A stretch of DNA of 64,000 nt, from assembly GCA_964407215.1 (NCBI GenBank), contig CAYOUT010000016.1, positions 4,473-68,472 of the forward strand, given 5' to 3'. Below, piece by piece: positions 1-9,585 of the stretch. The notes below the pieces were generated by a model. The model was not told the origin of the DNA. It searched no databases and was given only the letters and a program-made list of their open reading frames with translations. The stretch is from an uncultured Anaerolineales bacterium. GTDB taxonomy: Bacteria; Chloroflexota; Anaerolineae; UBA1429. The translations under genes and the position numbers were made by a program. Numbering within the stretch: position 1 is the first letter of the stretch; the number at the start of each line of letters is the position of its first letter.

Positions 1-14
1 TTATACACCAAGAG

Positions 15-55
15 CCCGATGCGCGCCGACTCGCGAGCCGCGCCAGCGCATCGGG
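15..55 (-). terminator. Possible stem-loop downstream of the TPR/O-antigen-ligase-like gene (CCCGATGCGC...GCGCATCGGG)
   Basis: 10-bp inverted repeat with a ~21-nt loop directly 3' of the stop at 62-64 on the minus strand. The downstream tail is only modestly U-rich. Confidence 0.3.
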
Positions 56-61
56 CCGAAT

Positions 62-3000
62 TCAGCTTTCCAAGCTACCGGTCAAGCTCTCGAGCTCTGC
101 GATCAGGGTTTCGAGCGAGGCTTTGTGCTCCTCCGGAGCCGTGTCGAGCGCGCGCTCTGCGTAGCCCAGCGCCACGTCAAACCGGTTCATCTCGCCGTTC
201 AAGAGCGCCAGGGTCCAGAGCGCATTATAGTCATCCGGCTCTCGCTGCAGAACCTCCAGATACGCCTCAGCGGCGCGCTCCCAATCCTGCAGCCGCGAAC
301 GGGCATAGCCCACGCCGCGCCAAGCCCCCGTGAGGCTATCGTCCAGGGCCACAGCCTGCGAGTAGGCCTCGAGCGCCTCGGACCAATCCTCACAGGCCAC
401 CAGCACATCGCCCAGCAACAGGAGCGCCGGCGTATAGCCGGGATCTATGGCCAGCGACGCGCGGTAGCTGGCCTCGGCGGCTTTGAGATCGCCCACGGCA
501 TGGTGTGCGCGGCCACACTCGGCCACGAGTTGGGCGTTGGCCGGGTTCAGGTGCACAGCCCGCTCGTACGCTTGCACTGCGCTCTCCAGCTTGGCGCGGC
601 GGCCGGCGGGGTCGGTCTCCAGCTCCGACCAAGTGCGGTAAAGCCAAGCCAGGTTGACCGAGTGCTCCGCGTTCAGCGGGCTGAGCTCGCGTGCGCGCTC
701 CAACGCGGCGAGGGCCCGTTCCATGTACTCTTGTTGCGCCGCAGAATCCGGCGCCGCCCGGGCGCTCTCGACGAGGGCTTGCCCATAGTAGGGCCAGTAA
801 TGGTCCTCGTAAGGCGCCAGAGCGAGCGTGCGGTCGTAACGTTGGATGGCCGCCTCCCAATCGCCAGCCCTCCCGTAACGCGCCCCCTGTTTGAACGTGG
901 CATCCGCCCTCACAGCGGTAACGTACACTCGATCGATTCCCACGAGGCAGAGCGCCAACACCGCCACACTGAACAGCACAGAGAGCGGCTCGGTGCGCGC
1001 CGCGTTGGCGGTGCGGATCCGCATCAGGATCGCCAGCGCCGCCCACAGGGCGAGCATCGCCCACAGATAGCTGTAGATGACGTTCGCCGCATCGGCCCCG
1101 GGCCTGGACCACACGCTGTGCAGCCACGGGAACAGCACTCCGGCGCCGCCCGATACCCCCAAGAACACCCCCACGGACCCCAGCCACCACCGGGGCTCGG
1201 GTGCGGATCCGCTGCGGTGGACCGCCTCTGCCACGCTCACCAACAGCGCCCACAGCAGTGTGCCCAACACAAGCCACAAGAGCCCCGGACTGTGCACGCC
1301 CGGCCGCCCGCTGGCCGCCTCGGTGGTCAGAGACAGGAGCGTCGTCGTGTGGGGGCCGCCGGTCGCGCCTCTGGTGTACTCCCACAGGAGTGTGACCAGT
1401 ATGGCACCAGTGACCGTCGCCATGGCGGCGATCTGCAGCCGAAAGCGCCCGTCGGGGGCGGGGCGCTCGGCGGCTGGGCTCCGGCGTGGGCGCTCTTTGC
1501 GTTTGCGCGAGCCACGGGCACCCTGCTTGGCCGGCCTGTCGTCCTCGACGCGCACCACGCGCTCCACGTCGGGCGGCATCTGGCGGGTGCTGAGGGTCAC
1601 CAACAGCGCTGCGTAGAGCCAAAAGTGCGCGCGTGTGGCCGCAACGGCGGTTCCATAATGGATCTCGATCAGATGCGCCACGATGCCGGCCAGCAGCCCG
1701 GCCACCAGCAAGAGATCCCCGCCGCTGATAGCTCCCGCCGCGTTCCGCGGCGCACGGCGGCGCAGCGCGCCGTACAGCGTCACCACGCAGACGTGGGCCG
1801 CGAGCCCGGCCATCAACCCTGCGGGCAGCGCGAGGCCCGCGTAGCGCCACGAGCCATCCAGATGCCAGATGAGCCCCATCCCCAGAAGCATGCCCAGCGC
1901 CACACAGAGGGCGAACAGCCAACCCTGGCCTCGCCCCCCGATCAGGCCGAGCCAACGAAAGGCTTGATAGAACAAGGCGCCCAACAGGGCCGTGTACGCC
2001 AGATATCCCACGAAGCCCGTGGTGAGCAGGATGTCGACGGTCTCGTTGTGCGAGCGATCGGGTGGTGTGTTGCGCCCGCCCTGGAGGCCCGGTTCGGGGC
2101 GCTGGAACGGGCCATAGGCCAGAGGCATCGTCTCGGGCCCGTAGCCGATAAGGGTCCGCACCGGGTCGTGGGCGATCATCTCTGCGGCGCCCTCCCAGAC
2201 GAGCACGCGCGCCTCGGGCACGATGTCGTCCTGCTCCAGCAGGCGCCCCAGCTTGCCCACGTGGGGCAGCTCGCGAAAGCCTGGCAGGGGCGAGCGGGGC
2301 AGGTTCACCAGAACCAGCAGCGTGGCCACGGCCACAGAAGCCAACACTACCGCGAGCTGTGCACCGCGCCTTTGCCTGGCGATGATGGCAAGGGCGCCGA
2401 ACAGGAACAGCCCGGCGGCGAGCCCCAGCATGGGGGCGCGGCTCTCTGTGAAAAAGAGGCACACTGCCTGCACGCTGAGGATCGTTTGGTAGACGCCCAC
2501 GAGCAGGTAGGGCGCGGCGGCGCGGCGGCGCAACGCCCCTATCGACGCCAACACCCCCAGGCACAGCAGCGCCACGCCGAGGCCGATGAGAGGGCCGTAG
2601 CGGCCCCAAGCCACCACCTGCGCCGCAAGCAGCGCACCAAAGGCGCCCAGCAGCAGCACCCTATTTCGCAGCCTGGCGCCCAACACGGCCTGTGCCTGCA
2701 TGTGCAGCAGGCGAGCCAGCGTGAGGGGGATCACCATGATGAGGTAGGCGCCCACGGCACGGGGATCGCCCATACTGGAGGCCACGCGCTGGGTGACATC
2801 GCCCCAGGGGAGCGGGTCCAGCTCGTAATGTTGCAAAAGGCCGTACGCCGCCACAGGAAGGCTGGTGAGGATGATCGCGCCCAGTAGACGATCCAGTTGC
2901 TCGCGCCGCCGCAGGCCCTGCAACATCAGCACAAAGATGACGACGTAGCTCAAGGTGCTCAGGGTGCCCTGCAGGCGCTGGTAGGAGCCCAACAGGCTGA

Positions 3001-3325
3001 TGCGCGGCGCCACCGAAGCGGCCGTCGCCACCGAGTGGGCGACCACCAGCAGAAGCGCCGGCGCTACCAGCGGCTTCCGCAGGGCCTCGCGCCACGCTGC
3101 GGCCGAACCGCTCGCCCCCGCACCGCCGCGCGAGAGCAGGCCGTCCACCTCCCGAGCGACCCACACAGCGGCCATGAGGCTGGCGATGGCCTGCAGCAGG
3201 ATCAGCTTGTCGGCCTCGAACAGGCGGCTGGTGTACATGTTGAAAAAGAGCGGCACCGCCACCGCCGCCAAGAGCCAGCCAGCCTCGAGCGCCGCATCAC
3301 AGAACGCGCAGACTCTGGTCTTCAT
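62..3325 (-). CDS. Polytopic membrane protein with O-antigen-ligase/Wzy-like core and C-terminal TPR repeats
   Basis: ORF 62..3487, trimmed to the MKTRV start (cat at 3323-3325). It has multiple hydrophobic segments plus a C-terminal TPR-like region (KQGARYGRAGDWEAAIQRYDRTLALAP...). The antisense ORFs 125..2887 and 390..2609 are rejected. Confidence 0.7.
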   Translation of the reverse strand: MKTRVCAFCDAALEAGWLLAAVAVPLFFNMYTSRLFEADKLILLQAIASLMAAVWVAREVDGLLSRGGAGASGSAAAWREALRKPLVAPALLLVVAHSVATAASVAPRISLLGSYQRLQGTLSTLSYVVIFVLMLQGLRRREQLDRLLGAIILTSLPVAAYGLLQHYELDPLPWGDVTQRVASSMGDPRAVGAYLIMVIPLTLARLLHMQAQAVLGARLRNRVLLLGAFGALLAAQVVAWGRYGPLIGLGVALLCLGVLASIGALRRRAAAPYLLVGVYQTILSVQAVCLFFTESRAPMLGLAAGLFLFGALAIIARQRRGAQLAVVLASVAVATLLVLVNLPRSPLPGFRELPHVGKLGRLLEQDDIVPEARVLVWEGAAEMIAHDPVRTLIGYGPETMPLAYGPFQRPEPGLQGGRNTPPDRSHNETVDILLTTGFVGYLAYTALLGALFYQAFRWLGLIGGRGQGWLFALCVALGMLLGMGLIWHLDGSWRYAGLALPAGLMAGLAAHVCVVTLYGALRRRAPRNAAGAISGGDLLLVAGLLAGIVAHLIEIHYGTAVAATRAHFWLYAALLVTLSTRQMPPDVERVVRVEDDRPAKQGARGSRKRKERPRRSPAAERPAPDGRFRLQIAAMATVTGAILVTLLWEYTRGATGGPHTTTLLSLTTEAASGRPGVHSPGLLWLVLGTLLWALLVSVAEAVHRSGSAPEPRWWLGSVGVFLGVSGGAGVLFPWLHSVWSRPGADAANVIYSYLWAMLALWAALAILMRIRTANAARTEPLSVLFSVAVLALCLVGIDRVYVTAVRADATFKQGARYGRAGDWEAAIQRYDRTLALAPYEDHYWPYYGQALVESARAAPDSAAQQEYMERALAALERARELSPLNAEHSVNLAWLYRTWSELETDPAGRRAKLESAVQAYERAVHLNPANAQLVAECGRAHHAVGDLKAAEASYRASLAIDPGYTPALLLLGDVLVACEDWSEALEAYSQAVALDDSLTGAWRGVGYARSRLQDWERAAEAYLEVLQREPDDYNALWTLALLNGEMNRFDVALGYAERALDTAPEEHKASLETLIAELESLTGSLES

Positions 3326-3523
3326 ACCGCCCCCGCACACAGTTGAGAGTCGAGATGATACCGTAACGGGTTCGCGCTGGCAAGCCGTGTGCCACGTGCT
3401 GGCGCCGGTGGCCCAGCCTGTGGGGGGCGCCTTGCGCACCGCGACACGGGATACACCTCGCCGTGCGGTGCACAGCCGCCCGCGCACTCGAACCAGCGCT
3501 TCATTGGCAGGCGGGCCCCGGGC

Positions 3524-4183
3524 CTAGTCGGACTCCTCACGCCGCAGCATACTCTCCACCCGCGCCAGGATCATCTCTAGCGCCACCGTGTTGTGGCCGC
3601 CAGACGGCACGATGATGTCGGCGTAGCGCTTGCTGGGCTCGACGAACTCTAAGTGCATGGGGCGCACGGTGGCAAGATACTGATCGACGACGTCCTGTAG
3701 CGATCTGCCCCGCTCCTGGATGTCGCGCTGCAGGCGCCGGATGAAGCGGATGTCGGGGTCGGTATCCACAAAGATGCGAATATCCATCAGTTCGCGCAGC
3801 GCCGGGTTGGCAAAGATCAATATCCCCTCCACCAGGATCACAGCGCGCGGCTCTATGTGCACCGTCTGTGGCAGCCGGATATAGCGCGCAAAGTCATAGA
3901 CGGGCACCTCGACGGGCTCGCCGCCGATGAGCTTGCGCAGGTGCTCCAGAAGCAGCGCGTCCTCCAGGGCATCGGGGTGATCAAAGTTGCTGCGGCGCCG
4001 CTCGTCCAAAGGCAGATGGCTCAGATCGCGATAGTACGCATCGTGTTGCACGTAGGCGATCCGCTGGGGGCCGACGGTCTCCAGAATTGTGTGCGAGATG
4101 GTCGTCTTGCCCGAAGCGGTGCCACCCGCCACGCCGATCACTAGCGGGCGGCGCACGGCCGCGCGGTCGTCGCGCTCGCTCAC
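3524..4183 (-). CDS. udk: Uridine kinase
   Basis: P-loop GVAGGTASGKTT and full-length similarity to the Udk family (…YDFARY…ILVEGILIF…). The stop codon was verified at 3524-3526. Confidence 0.9.
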   Translation of the reverse strand: MSERDDRAAVRRPLVIGVAGGTASGKTTISHTILETVGPQRIAYVQHDAYYRDLSHLPLDERRRSNFDHPDALEDALLLEHLRKLIGGEPVEVPVYDFARYIRLPQTVHIEPRAVILVEGILIFANPALRELMDIRIFVDTDPDIRFIRRLQRDIQERGRSLQDVVDQYLATVRPMHLEFVEPSKRYADIIVPSGGHNTVALEMILARVESMLRREESD

Positions 4184-4201
4184 GTCCCAACTCGCGTCAT
4201 G

Positions 4202-5599
4202 CTAGCCGTCCGTCCCCGCTACGGGGAGAGCCGTAGCCGCCTCGGTGAGCAGATCGAGGAACGCTTGGTACCAAGCGTCGCGGCCGCCGCGGGCAGCTGT
4301 CACCACCTGGCGCCTCCCCTCTGCGCCGCCCGCCTGCAGGCGTATCCACAGTTCGCGCGGAGGCCACGCCAAGCGGGCCAAAAGCCCCACGAGCGTGGCG
4401 CCCCAGCCGATGTACAAGAGCGGCCGCTCCGGCTGGCGTTCGGCGCGCACCGAGACATAGTATTCGGGCGCCAGATGCACCGTCACGGGGCCGGCCGTGA
4501 CCTCGCCCGCCTGCTGCAGAGCCCGGTCGCTCACCAAACTGCCGTCCGAGCCCCGGAGCAGCTGGAGGTGCAGGGTGCCGTTGGAGGGCTCATCCTGGCC
4601 GGGTTCCACATAGTGCACGAGCCGCACGAGGAGATCATGGCCCACAACGGCCATCAGGTGCTCCTGTTGGGGCCCCGTGAGCCGCACGCGCCGCACCGGC
4701 TGAGCCTGTGTCTCGCCAAAGGCGCTGCGGAGGCTCAGCTCGCCCGCCTCGGCATGCGTCGCGCTCAGCCTGGCCACCGGCCCCAGCCCCACTTGGCGCA
4801 GGATCAGGCCGCCGTAGGACGCCCGCCGTCCGGCCTTTAGCGCGATCTCGGCCACACGCCGACCGCCCTCGTACACCGAGACCAGGCTGTCCACACGCGG
4901 TGGGCGGTCGTTGGGCTGCGGGAACAGCTGAATCTGCTCCAGCTGCAGGGTCTGTTCGCCGGCCGTATCGAGGGGTTGCGCCTCTCCCACCGCCAGGGCC
5001 AGTGGTTGGCTGCGCCAGCCGTAGCGCCACCCCACAAACGAGGCCAACATCACCAGCAGAACGCCCGCGTAGAGGAGCCCCGGGAGCCATCCACCGGCGC
5101 CCGCCCGGCGTGCGACCAGCACCTCCGCGCCATCCTGGCGAGATCGGCGCACCACGGATTGCCCCGAAACGGCCAGGGCCCAAGACAGTGCACGTGCAAA
5201 ATTCTCCGGCGGTGCGTCCAGCTCGAGGCGGCGTAACGCGCTCCCAGCGGCCGGCGGCGTGCTCCAAGAGGGCAGCCAAGCCCGCAGGAGCCAGAGGACG
5301 AGGAGCCCCGCCAACACGACGCCGAACGCCCGAAAGAGGCTGTGCTCGAACAGGCGCCCGGGGATCATCCAAGCGGCGGGCTCGAACGGGCCGGTGCCGT
5401 CGGCGCTGGCCCACAAAAGGCGCTCTGTGGCCCCCTGGGCCGCAGCGGGTTGCCCGTTCGAGCCCGTTAGCGCACCGGCGGCGGTAACTGCCAACAGAAG
5501 CAAGAGAGCGATCGAGGGCGCCACGGGGGAGGTCAGGATACGCCACAGGCGCAGAGCCACAGCCTGTGCGGCGGGGCGCCAAGAGGCTCGTGCGTTCAT
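4202..5599 (-). CDS. ResB/Ccs1-like membrane protein (possible cytochrome c biogenesis family)
   Basis: Start is at MNARASWRP (cat ending at 5599, in frame). N-terminal TM LRLWRILTSPVAPSIALLLLLAVTAAGALTGSNGQ resembles ResB TM1. It has a large soluble middle domain and a C-terminal TM. No ccsA/resC is adjacent, so the assignment is tentative. Confidence 0.45.
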   Translation of the reverse strand: MNARASWRPAAQAVALRLWRILTSPVAPSIALLLLLAVTAAGALTGSNGQPAAAQGATERLLWASADGTGPFEPAAWMIPGRLFEHSLFRAFGVVLAGLLVLWLLRAWLPSWSTPPAAGSALRRLELDAPPENFARALSWALAVSGQSVVRRSRQDGAEVLVARRAGAGGWLPGLLYAGVLLVMLASFVGWRYGWRSQPLALAVGEAQPLDTAGEQTLQLEQIQLFPQPNDRPPRVDSLVSVYEGGRRVAEIALKAGRRASYGGLILRQVGLGPVARLSATHAEAGELSLRSAFGETQAQPVRRVRLTGPQQEHLMAVVGHDLLVRLVHYVEPGQDEPSNGTLHLQLLRGSDGSLVSDRALQQAGEVTAGPVTVHLAPEYYVSVRAERQPERPLLYIGWGATLVGLLARLAWPPRELWIRLQAGGAEGRRQVVTAARGGRDAWYQAFLDLLTEAATALPVAGTDG

Positions 5600-5717
5600 G
5601 GGTTCTCTCTCGGGATGCTCGTTCGAATTCACAGAGCGAATTATAGGGCGGGGCCGCGCGCACGTCAATGCTGGGCTCGTCGCTGCCGGCTGGGCATTCA
5701 TCGGGCGATACCGATCG

Positions 5718-5746
5718 TTGACAGGCTGGGGGCACCTCGCTATACT
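5718..5746 (+). promoter_or_regulatory. Sigma-70-like promoter (TTGACA-17-TATACT) upstream of the PpiC-lipoprotein gene
   Basis: Consensus -35 TTGACA at 5718-5723, a 17-nt spacer, and -10 TATACT at 5741-5746, in the divergent intergenic region. Confidence 0.4.
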
Positions 5747-5873
5747 GACCTGCATCACACGCGCGTTGACGTGTCCTCGCGTTGGACGCCGCCAGGTGAC
5801 GGCCCGTGCCGGCGGCATTCGCCAATCCGGGGCCATCGCCGAACACCCAGAAACCCGAGGTAGGACCACAACG

Positions 5874-6923
5874 ATGCATTGCACCGCAAACCGCCTCCTC
5901 ATATTGTGCATGTTGCTTCTGATCGTTGGCTGTGCCAAGCCGCGCGAAGCGCAGCCGACGGCCACGCCACAAAGCGCCGAGGCACCGACTGCGGCGCAAT
6001 CCGCGGCGAGCCCGACGCCCGCAGAAGCCGCTTCCTCCACCGCCACGGCGCGAGAGGGTGCTGTGAACGAGGCTGCAAGCTCGGGGGGGCTACCACAGGA
6101 TGTCGTGGCACTGGTGAACGGAGCCCCTATTGCGGCGAGTGATTACGCGCAGCAGGTGGCCCAAGCGGAGGCGCTGTACTTGCAACAGCGGGGGCTTGAC
6201 GCCCTCCCCGCCGAGAGCGCGCACGCCCTCGACGAGTTGCGCGAGCGTATCCTGGGCTGGATGATCGACCAGGAGCTGATCGAGCAGGCCGCGCGGGAGG
6301 AGGGGCTGGCCATCGCCCCCGAGGACGTGGAGGCCGAGATCAACCGCATGCGAAACGAGGACGCGGCGCGCTTTGACGCGTGGCTGGCGGCCAACGGCTT
6401 GACGCTGGATGCGCTGCGCGAGCAGTTGTCCACAGAGATGCTGACCGCCGCCGTGCGAGATTGGGTCACCAGCCAGCTCTCTCGCATAGAGAGCCAAGTG
6501 CACGCGCGACACATCCTGGCCTCGGAGGAATCCGCCGCAGAGGCCGCACTGGAGCGACTGGAGCGCGGCGAGGGGTTCGATGCCGTAGCACGCAAAGTGT
6601 CGGAGGACGAATCCACTCGCGAGCGCGGCGGCGATCTCGGGTTCTTGCCCAGGGGCGTGATGCCCCCTGAGTTTGACGAGGCGGCCTTTGGCTTGGAGGC
6701 GGGCGAGATCAGCGGTGTGGTGCGCACAGGGTACGGCTATCACGTCGTCCAAGTCGTCGCGGTGGATTCGGCGCGCGAGGTGTCCGACGACCTGTGGCCG
6801 GTGCTTCAACAGCGCAGCTTTGAGGATTGGCTGGCTCAACGGCGGGCCGAGGCGGATATTGCCGTCGACGAGGACCTCGGCCGGCACCTCTCGGCTCCGG
6901 CGGGCAGCGGGCCGGCCTCGTAG
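5874..6923 (+). CDS. PpiC-type peptidyl-prolyl cis-trans isomerase lipoprotein (PrsA/SurA-like)
   Basis: Lipobox signal MHCTANRLLILCMLLLIVGC. Parvulin domain ARHILASEE…GGDLGFLPRGVMPPEFDEAAFGLEAGEISGVVRTGYGYHVVQV. ATG at 5874 is in frame with ORF 5259..6923. Confidence 0.8.
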   Translation: MHCTANRLLILCMLLLIVGCAKPREAQPTATPQSAEAPTAAQSAASPTPAEAASSTATAREGAVNEAASSGGLPQDVVALVNGAPIAASDYAQQVAQAEALYLQQRGLDALPAESAHALDELRERILGWMIDQELIEQAAREEGLAIAPEDVEAEINRMRNEDAARFDAWLAANGLTLDALREQLSTEMLTAAVRDWVTSQLSRIESQVHARHILASEESAAEAALERLERGEGFDAVARKVSEDESTRERGGDLGFLPRGVMPPEFDEAAFGLEAGEISGVVRTGYGYHVVQVVAVDSAREVSDDLWPVLQQRSFEDWLAQRRAEADIAVDEDLGRHLSAPAGSGPAS

Positions 6924-6953
6924 CCCGCGCGAGACGAAAGAGAGCGAACTCGC

Positions 6954-7592
6954 ATGGAGATAACCTGGTACGGCCAGGCCTGCTTCCGGCTCCGCGGCCG
7001 TGGTGTGGCAGTGGTAACGGACCCCTACAACCCCTCGATAGGGCTCAAGCTGCCGCGCCTAACCGCCACGGTGGTGACGGTGAGCCACCAACACGAGGAC
7101 CACAATTATGTGCGGGCCGTCAAGGGCTCGCCATTCGTCATTACGGGCCCGGGCGAGTACGAGGTGGAAGAGGTTTTTATCGTCGGCGTCTCGACCTATC
7201 ACGATGCCAAGCACGGCACCGAGCACGGCACCAACACGGCCTTTCTCATCGAGCTCGAGGATTTAACGGTGTGCCACTTGGGCGACCTGGGGCATATCCC
7301 CGTGCAAGAGCAGATCGAGCAGTTGAACGCGGTGGATGTGCTGTTGGTGCCCGTGGGCGGGCGGTCGACGCTCACCGCGGCGCGGGCGGCCGAGGTGGTC
7401 AACCTGTTGGAGCCCAGCGTGGTGATCCCCATGCACTTCAAGATCCCCGGGCTCAACGCATCGCTGGACACCGCCGCACGGTTCCTCAAAGAGATGGGGG
7501 CCGAAAAGCCCGAGAAGCTGGAGGCGCTCACTATCACCAAATCGAGCCTGCCCTCCGAGACACGAGTGGTGCTTCTCGAGGCCAAACAGTGA
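6954..7592 (+). CDS. MBL-fold metal-dependent hydrolase (UPF0173-like)
   Basis: MEITWYGQACFRL…TDPY…HQHEDH motif set, typical of the Zn-dependent hydrolase family. Confidence 0.85.
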   Translation: MEITWYGQACFRLRGRGVAVVTDPYNPSIGLKLPRLTATVVTVSHQHEDHNYVRAVKGSPFVITGPGEYEVEEVFIVGVSTYHDAKHGTEHGTNTAFLIELEDLTVCHLGDLGHIPVQEQIEQLNAVDVLLVPVGGRSTLTAARAAEVVNLLEPSVVIPMHFKIPGLNASLDTAARFLKEMGAEKPEKLEALTITKSSLPSETRVVLLEAKQ

Positions 7593-7656
7593 CCCGGTGG
7601 CTAAAGGCGGGGCGCACGCCTCGCGGGCTAACGCCAAAGTAGTGGAGAAGCCGCTC

Positions 7657-8310
7657 ATGGGGCGCTTGTTGCGAACGATCAGTCTGTGTGTGCTGTTGAC
7701 GTTGGCCCTGGGCGCGTGCCTGCCCGAGAGCGAAGCGCCGCCCGATCCGGCCGAGTTGGTGCACGAAGCACAGGCCGACCTGGCCGCTGGGGAGATGCCC
7801 GAGGCCATAGACAAGCTGCGTCTCGCCATCCGGTTGGACCCCGGGCTGGCGGAGGCGCATTTTTGGTTGGGGCGGGCCTACGCCGTCAACGCGCTCTATT
7901 TACAGGCGGCGGATGCCTTTCGGGAGGCCGCGCGGCTGCAGCCCGATTACACCGAGGCCTACACCAACCTCGGCGCGGTGTATCACGAGCTGCGCCGTTA
8001 CCCCGAGGCGGAGGAGGCGTTCAGGGCGGCGGCGCAGCTCCAGCCCGACAACGCCGAGATACAGTACAACCTGGGGAGCGTGCTGTTGGCGCAAGACAAG
8101 CTGGATGAGGCGGGCGTGGCGTTCGCGCGAGCGTGCGACGACGACCCCTCCATGCCCGAGCCGCGCCTGGGGCTGGCCAACGTGTACCGCATACAGGGCC
8201 ACACGGACGAGGCCGCCGCCGAGCTGCACGAGTTCTTGCGGTTGAGCAGCGATCCGGAGTGGCGCGCGCGGGCCGAGGCGATGCTGCGTGAACTGGGAGA
8301 GGAACCGTGA
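7657..8310 (+). CDS. TPR-repeat lipoprotein
   Basis: Signal/lipobox MGRLLRTISLCVLLTLALGAC followed by several TPR-like repeats (AEAHFWLGRAY, YTEAYTNLGAVY, AEIQYNLGSV…). The stop overlaps the folP start (8307/8310). Confidence 0.7.
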   Translation: MGRLLRTISLCVLLTLALGACLPESEAPPDPAELVHEAQADLAAGEMPEAIDKLRLAIRLDPGLAEAHFWLGRAYAVNALYLQAADAFREAARLQPDYTEAYTNLGAVYHELRRYPEAEEAFRAAAQLQPDNAEIQYNLGSVLLAQDKLDEAGVAFARACDDDPSMPEPRLGLANVYRIQGHTDEAAAELHEFLRLSSDPEWRARAEAMLRELGEEP

Positions 8311-9584
8311 GCCGCTACAACCTCCGCTTCATGCGCCTCGATCCGCAAACGCTTCGGCGCGAGATGGAGAAAATCGGTGCGGACCCCGAGGGGGTCCAGA
8401 TTATGGTGCCCAAGGGGCGCTTTTTCACCCTGGCGGCCGAGGACGTGAAATACGCCGCAGCCAGCATCCTGAAGCAGGAGATGCTGGCCAAGGGCGGCGA
8501 CGCAGCGGTCTCGGGCGTGATCTACAAGGGCGGCGAGTACACGTCGAATATGCTGCTCATGGGCACGGAGCGCACCTTGCGCCGGGTGGCCAACGTGCTG
8601 GCGGTGCAACCGCTGCCGAGCCTGCGAGAGCTGTCCGTCGAGCTCAAAGCCGCGCTGCGCAACGCGGACGGTCCCAGCCACCCGTCGCTCACCATCGGCT
8701 CCAGCGAGTTCCGTTGGGGAGAGCGCACCTATGTAATGGGGATCGTCAACGTGACGCCCGACTCGTTCTCGGGCGACGGGCTCATGCGGGGCGGAGCGGG
8801 CGGCGGAGAGCCCCCCCCCGCCGAGGGCCTGGTGGGGCGCACCGTGGAGCGTGCGCTCGCGCTTGTGGAGCAGGGCGCTGATATCATCGATGTCGGCGGC
8901 GAATCCACCCGGCCCGGCGGCGCGCCGGTGGACGCAGCGACAGAGTTGGCGCGGGTGGTGCCGGTGATCCGGCGGCTCCGCCAAGCCACCAACACCCCCA
9001 TCTCTATCGATACCTACAAAGCCGAGGTGGCGCGTGCCGCCCTGGACGAGGGGGCCGACCTGGTGAACGACGTCTGGGGCCTGCGAATGGATGCGAACCT
9101 GGCGCCGCTGGTGGCCGAGCGCGGCGTGCCGGTGGTGCTCATGCACAATCGCAGCAAACCCAGAGACGCCGCCCAGAAGGCGTTGCTGGGCGGGCGCTAC
9201 GTGGGCGTGCAGTACGATGACTTGATGGCTGACGTGCTGCGCGAGTTGCGCGCGCTGGTGGAGGCGGCGGAGCGCGCGGGGATCCACAGAGAGCGGATCT
9301 TGATCGACCCGGGCATAGGCTTTGGCAAGACTGTGGAACAGAACTTGGCCCTGCTGAACCAACTGGACGAGCTGCGCGTGTTGGGGTTGCCGATCCTGCT
9401 GGGGACCTCGCGCAAGTCGTTCATCGGCTACACGCTGAGCTCACCGCCGGAGGAGCGATTGGAGGGCACAGCCGCCACGGTGTGCGTGGGGATCGTGCGC
9501 GGCGCCCACATTGTGCGGGTGCACGATGTGGGGCCCATCGTTCGCGCCGTGCGCATGACGGACGCGGTGGTGCGAGGCGGTTAG
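8307..9584 (+). CDS. folP: Dihydropteroate synthase with ~140-aa N-terminal extension
   Basis: C-terminal 285 aa carry DHPS hallmarks (GIVNVTPDSFSGDG, ADIIDVGGESTRPG, SIDTYKAEVA, GIGFGKT). The N-terminal 1-139 has no obvious DHPS counterpart. Confidence 0.9.
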   Translation: MSRYNLRFMRLDPQTLRREMEKIGADPEGVQIMVPKGRFFTLAAEDVKYAAASILKQEMLAKGGDAAVSGVIYKGGEYTSNMLLMGTERTLRRVANVLAVQPLPSLRELSVELKAALRNADGPSHPSLTIGSSEFRWGERTYVMGIVNVTPDSFSGDGLMRGGAGGGEPPPAEGLVGRTVERALALVEQGADIIDVGGESTRPGGAPVDAATELARVVPVIRRLRQATNTPISIDTYKAEVARAALDEGADLVNDVWGLRMDANLAPLVAERGVPVVLMHNRSKPRDAAQKALLGGRYVGVQYDDLMADVLRELRALVEAAERAGIHRERILIDPGIGFGKTVEQNLALLNQLDELRVLGLPILLGTSRKSFIGYTLSSPPEERLEGTAATVCVGIVRGAHIVRVHDVGPIVRAVRMTDAVVRGG

Positions 9585-9585
9585 C

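Noticed and set aside
125-2887. 920-aa + strand ORF and 739-aa - strand ORF (390..2609) overlapping the TPR/Wzy-like gene
   Set aside because: Their composition is Arg/Ala/Gly/Pro-rich and low-complexity, typical of antisense frames in ~70% GC DNA. The overlapping minus-strand frame has TM helices and TPR repeats with a coherent domain structure.
4635-5999. 454-aa ORF and other long ORFs (4708..5487 +, 5259..5873 part) overlapping the ResB-like and PpiC genes
   Set aside because: These are low-complexity Arg/Pro-rich translations with no recognisable domains. The PpiC gene has a clear lipoprotein signal starting at 5874, so the 5' 615 nt of ORF 5259..6923 is not coding.
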